A stretch of 63,960 nucleotides of DNA, counting the filler, from Salisapilia sapeloensis CBS 127946 (Eukaryota; Protista; Oomycota): assembly GCA_023334545.1 (NCBI GenBank). It is 11 parts of 11 records of this genome, joined end to end, with 100 filler letters (N's around TTAATTAATTAA, not from the genome) between each part and the next. Parts side by side here need not be neighbours in the genome. Positions count along the whole stretch, not along the records: positions 32,953 to 38,586 come from JAADVB010000602.1; positions 38,687 to 40,332 come from JAADVB010001078.1; positions 40,433 to 41,769 come from JAADVB010001192.1; positions 41,870 to 48,885 come from JAADVB010000539.1; 7 more parts are not named here. One strand, written 5' to 3'. Of this stretch, positions 33,935 to 42,987 are shown in pieces. Under the pieces are notes generated by a model that ran no database searches, was not told the origin of the DNA, and saw only the letters and a list, made by a program, of their open reading frames with translations. Position 1 is the stretch's first letter; the number at the start of each line of letters is the position of its first letter. The position numbers and the translations under genes are program-made.

Positions 33935-36900
33935 TTACAAGCTTTTAAGTACCTCAGCGATCTCCTCTACACGGCATTTAGTTGTAAAAGCTGGCTCAAT
34001 CTTCTGCAAGCCATCTTGCTTAAGAAGCCAGTTCGCGACTTCCACGTACCCCAGGTATGATGCGAACATCGCCGCCGAGCACTCCTTCTCTTCCCAATTT
34101 TCAGAAAGATGATCCTCGCGCACTCGAAGGTTCATCGTGTCGTTTACGCTGAAGCCATCCCCAATAATTACTTTCGCCCAGGCTACAAAGCTTTCTATAT
34201 CGTCTGCACTAATCTTCACAGCGTAATGGAGTGGGTGCGCTCGAAATTGTCTCTTTGAAACTTTCGAAAGGTTAGCAAACGTATTATTTGCGTTCACTAG
34301 TAATGGTACAGAGCTTTTTCCGTCTGTATACTTGCCCTTATAGTTTTCTTCGTTTTCCTGATCTTGCATCTTTTCAATTTCACCCAGTATACGAAGTTGA
34401 TTTGCTTTCCGATAAACGTTCCTGTCCTCTTGGTTCATATACTCATCATCATGACTTTCTTTGTCCGTATCGTCGGTCTTCTCTAATGTATCTAAAAAAG
34501 AAGCGTTTGCGTTACTACTACTAAGTTCAGTCTCACTAGGCTTTAATTTTCTCGGTTCGTCTCCAGCTTCAGTGTTCAACCGAGCTTTTGCTTCTTTAAG
34601 CTTAGCTGCAAATTTGTCGAAAGGAATGGCAGACTGTTTCAGTATGCTTTTTAACTCTTCCTTAAAGACTAGCTTTCCGTCGACCCCCTTATGCATATCT
34701 GTGATGGCGTCGAGTACAAGCCCCAAATCATCCATAAATACCACAGATGTCAAGAGTGCTTTAATGTGATAGCCTCCAAAGACAGCTAACGATGTACAAA
34801 GAATTGATGAGCTATGACGAACCTTTTCTTTTTGAGCCTCTCGATTTTCTTTCGTCTTAAGTGCTGCGACCAGTGCATCAAACTTGGCCTCAATTATCTG
34901 TATGCCCCATTCTGTAACCTTGAGACGCTGACCACGCTCTTTAATGATAGTTTCCATCCGTCGCACCCAAGTAAGGTTCCCTGCGTTGACTTGTGAGATT
35001 CTATTTAAAAAATTGTCTTTCTGTGCTTCAGAGATCAAATCTCGGTTTCTCAGTTTTGAAAGAATTGACATTAAAAGCTCTCGGTCATGACCTTCATAGC
35101 CAAAACAGCGACGGACGGCAATGTCCAAGCCTTTTTTTATAAATGGCTTCAATGATTCCGGCTTTAAGAAGCAGACAGCAAAATTGATGGCAAGATTGGC
35201 ATCCTTCATGCACGTTGAAAAGAATAGCGCTGTCTCAATTAAATCGATTTGATCAAGTGTTGACAGGCCTCCGCTCCTAAGCAACTTCTGAGTACACTCT
35301 TCGTACTGAACATTCATAGCTTCTACAATCTTTTCTCGCGTTTTATCCTTAAGTATTTCACTTTCTGCTGTTTCCGAAACCAACATATTGTTGTTGGTGC
35401 TTTCGTAGGGGTCGATTCCATGACATATCATGCGCTCCAGTGCAATCAAATTTTGGAACCTGACAGCCCGTTGCATCAATGTCAATTCGTCTAAGAATAC
35501 AGCGGTTTTAATCCATTCTTTGTTGCTGGCGCTTTTTAAAATGGTACGTCTCTTGCAAGTATCACTTGTTTTAAATGCAAAATAAACCATTTCGACTTTG
35601 TGCTGAAGCAAGGTAAAAGCGAGCTCACGTCTCCACTCCGAGTTTTTCATACTACCCTTTATTCCCCTCACCTTTCTGTCGCCAGTAAACATCTCCTCAG
35701 ATGATCCTCGAACAATCGACTGCCGTAAAACCCCTAGCAATGTTTCTGGATCTTCAGTCTGAAGCGCATTTTCAAGCGATGCGAACCTTTTAATGAGAGG
35801 CACCATACTATTTGCGATTGGGCTTTCGAAAGCATATACCATTGCAGGTTTATAATCATGGAATCTTTCGTATGGATTTGCGCCTTGCTTTAATAACAAA
35901 TGTAGGATTTTTGGAGGTCCATCTTGGATCGCCTTTTGTTCGACTAACTCGTTTAACGCAAGATCTTGACGTAAGTCTTTTAGACACGGTTCTTGCTCTA
36001 GTAACGCCTGAGTGGCTGATTCAAATTGGGTTTTGATGGCTTCACATAATAGCGTTTGACCAGCATCACCCTTGTACTGAATAGAAGCACCATGATCTAA
36101 GAGGTACAAGAAAACTTTGTCCTTTGAATAATGACCAGGTGAAGCAACGGCATGATAAAGTGGTGACTTTCCTGCAGCATCCAAGGCATTAATATCTGCT
36201 CCATATTTTACGAGAAGATCAACTAGTTCCACATTTTCTATACGGGCAGCATGGTGTAAAGCTGTTTGGCAAGATTCGTCCGCCACTGCAACGTCAGCAC
36301 CATTTTTCAATAGAAACTTTACATCATCCAGTCGTCCTCCTTGGGCAGCGTTTAAAAGCTGGATGTTTTTATCGCGATTCTGTTCATTAACGTCCATTTT
36401 ACTCGCTACCGGAGTATCCTTTTCATCCGATAAAGATACTCGGTTCTTACTGTTCTCGCTATTCAATAATTGTTGACCGACCATCGCGCTATCTGATGAG
36501 TAGTATTTCGCTTCGATTTGAGCATCTTGGTTAATACGGTCATTCTTGTGCCTTGATTGATTTATGGCGTCCGATGGTGCTTTTCCCGCTGTGTCGATCC
36601 AACCTTTATCAGCATCTTCCGAAACAAAAATCTCTTCATTTTTGGCGTTTAGTCTGACTTCGGCTTCTTTCAGCTTGGGGGCAAACTCATCTGGAGGAAT
36701 ATGAGCTTTCTCTAGCACATGTTTTACACCCTCATTGATAACCATAACATTATTGACGCCCTCCGAAGTCTCTGTGATGGCATCGAGTACAATCCCCGGG
36801 TCGTTCACATTTATCACAACCTCTAGCATCTCTTTGATGGCAGCACCTCCGAAAAGAGCGAGGGATGCACAAGTGAGCGAGATGGCCAGACGGATCTTTT

Positions 36901-38584
36901 CGTTCTCAGCGTCCCGCTCATCCTTTTCTTGGAGAGCAGCTACCAGACCGCTATAGCTGTTCTGAAGTGTCTTTAGCCCCTTCTCCGTACTAGTCAGACG
37001 CTCGTCGAGTTTTTGGATGGAAGCTTTCATGCCTCGCACCCAGTCCGTGTTCTCCGTGTTCACTGTGGTTGCTTTCGAAAGAAATTTACCCTTGTCCTCT
37101 TCTGAAAGCAAACATCGCTTTTCCAACCATACTATGAGCTTAATGAATAAGTCTCGGTCCCTATTTTCGTAGAGAAAGCAGCGGCGTGTTGCCATGTCTA
37201 AGCCTTCTTGAATGAAATCCTTTAGCTTCTTGGACTGAAGATGCTCAATGGCTAAATTCATACCAACGCTAATGTCGTGCATGGAGGTTGAGAAGAAGAG
37301 CATTGAGCTTATCAGTTCAGATCGGTCTGTTATGGATATGTCTCGACTCTCGGCAAGTTTGTGGACATGCTCTGTGTACTGGAGCTTCAGAATCTCCATT
37401 ACCTTGTCTCGTGTATCACTCTTGAGTGCTTTCACTTCATCTGAATCGGAGGCTAGCTGATGGTTGTTGATGCTTTCCTCGGGTTCGACTCGGTAACATA
37501 TCATGCGCTCTAGTGCCTTCAGATTTTGCGAGTGTACAGCTCGCTGCATTAACGTCAGCCCGCCCTCATACTTGGCTGTTTGAATCCATTTCTTGTCGTT
37601 GATCCAATCGATAATGGCATCTCTCTCGTTCGCCATTCTTGTACCAAATGCACAGTACAGCATTTCGACTTTATGGTCATGCATGGCTCGGGTATGTGTA
37701 CGCTTCCTCTCAGAATCCTTCAGAGCATCTGCAGCTTCTTGTAGCCTTTCATAGCTAGATACCATCTCGTTCATGGACATCTTCGAAACTTCTTGACACC
37801 AGATAGACACCAAATCAGTATCTTTGCTACTTTCATAGGGATCTAGGCCGTAAACGAGCATACGCTCCAGTGCGGCCCTATATCGTAAGGCCACCGCTCG
37901 CTGCATCAATGTCGATCCATCCGAGAATGTCGCCTTCTGGATCCAGTTCTCATCGCCAATCCATTCGAAAATGGCATCACGCTCCTTACTGTCTTCTGTC
38001 TCGAATGCAAATAAGACCATGTCGACTTTGTGGTCGTGCATGGCATAAGTGAGTGCACGCTTCCACTCGGAGTCCGCCCTACCTTCTGCAGCTTTTTTAA
38101 TCTCGTTGTAGGTAGCTTTCATCTCATTCACATCTCTTTGAGCGATCGACTGACGTAGGACGCCTTGAACAGTCTCTCGCTTTTTACTTTCCATGGCTCT
38201 CGTAAGACTTGTAAATGGTTCCAAAGCAGAAACAACGCGTCTCGCGTCATCGCTTTTGTTGGCATGGTACATTACATTTCTGCCGTCATGGCCTGTTGCA
38301 TTCGGGTTTGCTCCCCATTCAGCCAACATCCTTGTCGCTTCTACGTGTCCATCAGCAGCAGCGATATGAAGTGGAGTCCAGCCATATTTATCATGTTCGT
38401 TCACTTTTCCACCATTGCGTAGTAGCATATCCATCATCTTCACGTGTCCACGCCTAGCAGCCATATGAAGTGGAGTCCAGCCACCTTTATTCTGCTTGTT
38501 CGCATCTCCACCATTGCGTAGTAGCACATCCACCACCTCCACATGTCCATTCTGAGCAGCAGCATGAAGTGGAGTCCAACCATC
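33935..38584 (-). CDS. Large ankyrin-repeat protein with internally duplicated helical / coiled-coil / hydrophobic modules (>1535 aa, 5' truncated)
   Basis: GWTPLHxAAxxGH repeats at the N-terminus; second ankyrin block QTALHHAA/KSPLYHAV; repeated blocks HKVDMVLFAF/HKVEMLYCAF/HKVEMVYFAF and FFSTSM...RRCF / FFSTCM...RRCF. Confidence 0.9.
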   Translation of the reverse strand, partial: DGWTPLHAAAQNGHVEVVDVLLRNGGDANKQNKGGWTPLHMAARRGHVKMMDMLLRNGGKVNEHDKYGWTPLHIAAADGHVEATRMLAEWGANPNATGHDGRNVMYHANKSDDARRVVSALEPFTSLTRAMESKKRETVQGVLRQSIAQRDVNEMKATYNEIKKAAEGRADSEWKRALTYAMHDHKVDMVLFAFETEDSKERDAIFEWIGDENWIQKATFSDGSTLMQRAVALRYRAALERMLVYGLDPYESSKDTDLVSIWCQEVSKMSMNEMVSSYERLQEAADALKDSERKRTHTRAMHDHKVEMLYCAFGTRMANERDAIIDWINDKKWIQTAKYEGGLTLMQRAVHSQNLKALERMICYRVEPEESINNHQLASDSDEVKALKSDTRDKVMEILKLQYTEHVHKLAESRDISITDRSELISSMLFFSTSMHDISVGMNLAIEHLQSKKLKDFIQEGLDMATRRCFLYENRDRDLFIKLIVWLEKRCLLSEEDKGKFLSKATTVNTENTDWVRGMKASIQKLDERLTSTEKGLKTLQNSYSGLVAALQEKDERDAENEKIRLAISLTCASLALFGGAAIKEMLEVVINVNDPGIVLDAITETSEGVNNVMVINEGVKHVLEKAHIPPDEFAPKLKEAEVRLNAKNEEIFVSEDADKGWIDTAGKAPSDAINQSRHKNDRINQDAQIEAKYYSSDSAMVGQQLLNSENSKNRVSLSDEKDTPVASKMDVNEQNRDKNIQLLNAAQGGRLDDVKFLLKNGADVAVADESCQTALHHAARIENVELVDLLVKYGADINALDAAGKSPLYHAVASPGHYSKDKVFLYLLDHGASIQYKGDAGQTLLCEAIKTQFESATQALLEQEPCLKDLRQDLALNELVEQKAIQDGPPKILHLLLKQGANPYERFHDYKPAMVYAFESPIANSMVPLIKRFASLENALQTEDPETLLGVLRQSIVRGSSEEMFTGDRKVRGIKGSMKNSEWRRELAFTLLQHKVEMVYFAFKTSDTCKRRTILKSASNKEWIKTAVFLDELTLMQRAVRFQNLIALERMICHGIDPYESTNNNMLVSETAESEILKDKTREKIVEAMNVQYEECTQKLLRSGGLSTLDQIDLIETALFFSTCMKDANLAINFAVCFLKPESLKPFIKKGLDIAVRRCFGYEGHDRELLMSILSKLRNRDLISEAQKDNFLNRISQVNAGNLTWVRRMETIIKERGQRLKVTEWGIQIIEAKFDALVAALKTKENREAQKEKVRHSSSILCTSLAVFGGYHIKALLTSVVFMDDLGLVLDAITDMHKGVDGKLVFKEELKSILKQSAIPFDKFAAKLKEAKARLNTEAGDEPRKLKPSETELSSSNANASFLDTLEKTDDTDKESHDDEYMNQEDRNVYRKANQLRILGEIEKMQDQENEENYKGKYTDGKSSVPLLVNANNTFANLSKVSKRQFRAHPLHYAVKISADDIESFVAWAKVIIGDGFSVNDTMNLRVREDHLSENWEEKECSAAMFASYLGYVEVANWLLKQDGLQKIEPAFTTKCRVEEIAEVLKSL

Positions 38585-38586
38585 TT
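38330..38586 (-). repeat. 99-bp-period ankyrin-coding tandem repeat with high DNA identity
   Basis: ATGAAGTGGAGTCCA and CCACCATTGCGTAGTAGCA recur at 99-bp spacing; the contig breaks inside the array. Confidence 0.85.
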
Positions 38587-38686
38587 NNNNNNNNNNNNNN
38601 NNNNNNNNNNNNNNNNNNNNNNNNNNNNNNTTAATTAATTAANNNNNNNNNNNNNNNNNNNNNNNNNNNNNNNNNNNNNNNNNNNN
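38587..38686. other. Artificial contig linker
   Basis: 44N-TTAATTAATTAA-44N. Confidence 0.99.
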
Positions 38687-38827
38687 ACTTTGCAGTGCCA
38701 AGGATGCTGGGATCGAATGCATGCATCAAACTATAGAGTGCGTGGCTTCTTCGTTGCACCCAGTTTGCGGATCACAACGACGTGACTCGGGAGCTTTCCG
38801 ACATGACATCATTTCCAGATGCTGGGG
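38687..38827. repeat. 141-bp terminal inverted repeat, left arm (partner 40192..40332)
   Basis: Exact reverse complement of 40192..40332. Confidence 0.95.
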
Positions 38828-40191
38828 CGAATCATTTGAGATCGGAATCTGGATCTAGTTACCCTGTGTAGGACTTCGATGGACTTGAATGATTACTAAA
38901 GCTGTGGTTAAAAGAGTGTGTACGTGCGGGATATATTGTGTTGACACGGAAGTGACTAGGAATGATTTAACAGTGCTAAAACTTGGAGCGTTGTCGTGTA
39001 TGCGAGGAACGAAAAACTTGGACTTTTGCAGCTGTAAGCTGAAGGTCACGCTTCAGAGTGAGCGATATAATCGTTTTCATACTACTTTTACTAAAAAGAT
39101 GGATCATTCGGTGTTCGGCGATGTGTGCTGGCTATGGTAGCAACAGTGGGCGGACAAAGGCTTACGCGTTGATATTACATGTGAAGTACTGGTTCCTCGA
39201 TCTAGCTTGATTTAAAGAGCAGAATAGCTTATATTCGATCAGGTATATCTACTTTGTCCGTTCCGGCAAAGCGACATCTTTGTGGAGCTTTGGGCAGACT
39301 AAGAGTCATGTTCCAGGTATGTAAATCGTTTTGGAGATATCTAAACTATTGCGATTCCTGGACTGCGAATACATGATTCTGCAGAAGCTATCCATTTACT
39401 CGATAGATGCGAAAGACGCGAAACAAATTTATCAATTGAAGCTAAAGCTGCTGAATCTATATAGTTTTGTGGTGCATTCCATACTGCCGTCGATAAGAAA
39501 ATATGTAGTTCTTTGTCAAATTTGGTGGCAGTGTCATGGCTAAAATATTGGTGCTGTTCTATTTGTAAAGCTGGCATTTTCATCGTTAATATCTGCGGCC
39601 TGGCATCACCAAAATACGACGAAGCAAAGCAGAGCTCATCATTCGCTTTTATCTAAGTTCATTTAAACACAGATAGTAAAGGTGAACGTGGTAGTGTGAA
39701 TGTCCGTAGTCTGATGTATTTCACTGTAAAACGCTCAAGCTCTGGTGAGAGTAGTGGTGGCATTCTGAGCGAAAAAAAGAGTGAACTTCTTTCGAATGCT
39801 GCAATACGACCGATGGCTATGGCGTTGTAAGAAAATTTAAGTAGTACATTTTATTATACGAATAAGGGGAGCATGCAATAGATGTCATTGACGGCTACTT
39901 CACCTAGGCAAAGATTGCACATTCATCTTGCCACATGCTCTTGCTGTTAAATCATGGTAAGCTGTACATTGCGCAGAGGGAAGTACTTAGATTCGACACA
40001 CTGGTTAGTTGCCTACTTTTACATCTAGTTACTGCAGCTTTGCCAAAGACACAATCTGCTCGCATCCAATTGATGCACCGTAATAACTTCTATTTCCTAG
40101 ACTTTTCATCGCTAATACCGACTACCTACAAAGCAGAAACCATCAACTGAACCCAACGAGGCCATTGTTACCCCCGATGCCAAACAATACA

Positions 40192-40332
40192 CCCCAGCAT
40201 CTGGAAATGATGTCATGTCGGAAAGCTCCCGAGTCACGTCGTTGTGATCCGCAAACTGGGTGCAACGAAGAAGCCACGCACTCTATAGTTTGATGCATGC
40301 ATTCGATCCCAGCATCCTTGGCACTGCAAAGT
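40192..40332. repeat. 141-bp terminal inverted repeat, right arm (partner 38687..38827)
   Basis: Exact reverse complement of 38687..38827. Confidence 0.95.
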
Positions 40333-40432
40333 NNNNNNNNNNNNNNNNNNNNNNNNNNNNNNNNNNNNNNNNNNNNTTAATTAATTAANNNNNNNNNNNN
40401 NNNNNNNNNNNNNNNNNNNNNNNNNNNNNNNN
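40333..40432. other. Artificial contig linker
   Basis: 44N-TTAATTAATTAA-44N. Confidence 0.99.
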
Positions 40433-41347
40433 CTTCTATACTTCGACGCATCCCATCAAGTCATGGCTTTCGACGACATTGACCGCTTAGACACGGTGGT
40501 ATCATCCAGCATTGTCGACAATCACAGAAACACCACTGAAGAGAATCGTATCAGCAATGGTCATCTGGCGGGAGGCGATGAGACCTCTGTTGTAAGCATT
40601 GCGAGCTATTACGACGATTCGACTGAAGGCCGCATTTGCGCGGGTGCTCTGATCAGTACAAAATCTGTGGTGACTGCAGCTCATTGTGTCATGGACATCG
40701 GAGATGTGAAGCCTAACATCATTGTGTCTGTCGGAACTGCTGCCAATATCGATACTCAGCTATCAGATCATTATATTCAAGTAGCCCATCGATACATAAA
40801 CGACAACTTTAGCAACTCAAATTCCCACGTTCTGGATTACGACATTGCGGTGTTGGAGTTGAAAACGAGCACAGAGAGAACTGGTGCGAATCCAGTCGAT
40901 TTCAACGACCCTTTTCCACAAAAAATTTACTATGATGCAAAAATGTATGGGTGGGGGAAATACAGTAAGCAAGAAGAAGAGTATATGGGAGGTGCGGGGT
41001 ACGCAGATTTGCTTCGAAAGCTCTCGGTTTCTCTCTCCAATGTATCGAATGAGGAGTGTCAAGCAAAATACAAGAAGAACAACATTGATATTAAGTTGAC
41101 CGATCGCTTATTTTGCGGGGTTGTGCACAAAGACCCGGAATCACACTCGAGAGTGTTCAACAAGAACAATACTGATGTCTTTCCAATCGCTTGTGGAGAT
41201 AATGGCGCGCCTGTTATCACCGCTGCCAAAGTGGTCGCGATGAACGTATATTCTATGTGTAGGAATGTGGACGAACCAGTTCCTGGAGTCTACATACGCA
41301 CAGGGCATAAAGATATCAAAGACTTTCTGCTTAAGCATGTTGAATGA
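40433..41347 (+). CDS. Trypsin-fold serine-protease homolog lacking the catalytic Ser (GIP-like pseudoprotease); probably 5' truncated
   Basis: EENR|ISNG, VVTAAHC and YDIAVLEL retained, but GDSGGP is replaced by CGDNGAP. The frame is open from the contig edge to the ATG at 40463. Confidence 0.88.
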   Translation, partial: LLYFDASHQVMAFDDIDRLDTVVSSSIVDNHRNTTEENRISNGHLAGGDETSVVSIASYYDDSTEGRICAGALISTKSVVTAAHCVMDIGDVKPNIIVSVGTAANIDTQLSDHYIQVAHRYINDNFSNSNSHVLDYDIAVLELKTSTERTGANPVDFNDPFPQKIYYDAKMYGWGKYSKQEEEYMGGAGYADLLRKLSVSLSNVSNEECQAKYKKNNIDIKLTDRLFCGVVHKDPESHSRVFNKNNTDVFPIACGDNGAPVITAAKVVAMNVYSMCRNVDEPVPGVYIRTGHKDIKDFLLKHVE

Positions 41348-41769
41348 GCGAAGTAGTCGGGTTTCTAAGGTTGTAACCAAAGTGCCTGTATTGGATCCGA
41401 TCTTCTCCCTATAACCAAACTTCATTGCTCGGTATTTGTGCATTTATACAGCTCCTTTTCGTATGAAACTTGACGCCAAATTCTGCATTGTTTGTAGTTG
41501 CTACAATGGAAAGCTATACTAAAGTCATTTATAAAACAAAACTTTCGTAAACAAATTTACCACAAACATATACTATGTGGTCACCTATTTAAGTCCAACG
41601 ACGGTTGGCAATTGGGCGTTCGTTTTTCATTCTGGCATCTCCATGCTTCATTCAGTTTGGTCTATCCCCACTACTTTTATTACGAATGACATGTTCGATA
41701 GTAGAAGAGAGTGTGACTTTAACAACGAACACTGCAAAAAGTACTACGAGAAGACGAAGTTGTGAATTC

Positions 41770-41869
41770 NNNNNNNNNNNNNNNNNNNNNNNNNNNNNNN
41801 NNNNNNNNNNNNNTTAATTAATTAANNNNNNNNNNNNNNNNNNNNNNNNNNNNNNNNNNNNNNNNNNNN
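41770..41869. other. Artificial contig linker
   Basis: 44N-TTAATTAATTAA-44N. Confidence 0.99.
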
Positions 41870-42987
41870 CGTTAGATCCCATGGACATATATCAGGATGG
41901 AGTGACGATCGAGTACCAAAGTATCCTCTCGCTCGAAGCACTCTGCTTCTCTTTCATTGAAAAAGTTGAGGTCGTCCATGATATTGTCGAATGGCTAGGT
42001 CTAGTGACTCCTCTTTCGCATTACGAGGTCACTGGCAGCTAGGACGGATACTCCGAGTACGTTTCCAGAGCAAATAATATACTAGGAACGATGCAATTCC
42101 GCACGGGCAATGACGACTTGTATAAAGACTTCGTTGAGGAAGAGGAAGCAATTATACATTATCTATTTTTATCGGTTGAAGCGTAGTTAATCAACCTGCA
42201 TTGAAACCACTTTTTGCATGGAGAACGTAGTCATCTAGAATATTTTTTGCAGCCCCATTGCATATACAACAACATTTTCTAGATACGCAGAGCATGCGAA
42301 CATTTATGTGGCTACTCATGCACGCTTTAAAAGCTCACCATAGGTGTGGAGCGACTTAAATAGTCGAGTAACCGGCGTACAGACCCAAGCTATTAACTTC
42401 AATCTGACTTCAATAATTTATTAGAAAATATCATTCATATAAGCTATATTAATACGGACCAGCACTAAATTGTGTCATCGTACGCTCATTATGATAAGCA
42501 TGGCGAATCATATAAGTGTTGGCCGTTTACTGCGCATGTTGGAAAACAGTAAGCAACACCATGTACCTAGACCCTTTCTCAAAAGGCCATGAACAATTAT
42601 GACTAACTGTATTCTTTGTGGACGTACTGTAGGTCGAAGTAGCCAAGGAGGAGCTCAGCAGATCGACTTCTGTGTTGACAGAACGGTTGGATGACGATCG
42701 CAAGAATGAAGACAAAGATGAAGGAAGTGGAGGAAACAGTTGTGCATCATTGGATAGCTTATCTGACCATAAAAGCCTTTCCAACTTGCGCGTTGTCATG
42801 GTACTGATCATAATATTCGTATATCTATAAGAACATTCATGACGTATATGGGAGCAGGCAACGATCTCTTCTGCCATCCAAGCTTCTCAAAGTTCCAAGG
42901 AGATGAAGTAAGGCTTTTCAACATATTTTTTGAATGAGTCATTGAATTGAGTCATATAGCAACGTCGTAATCGCATTTGTCAATGCA

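Noticed and set aside
42527-42877. 116-aa minus-strand ORF upstream of the ARM-like gene
   Set aside because: Ser-rich, no motif, no supporting evidence; cannot be told from a chance ORF or an unresolved exon.
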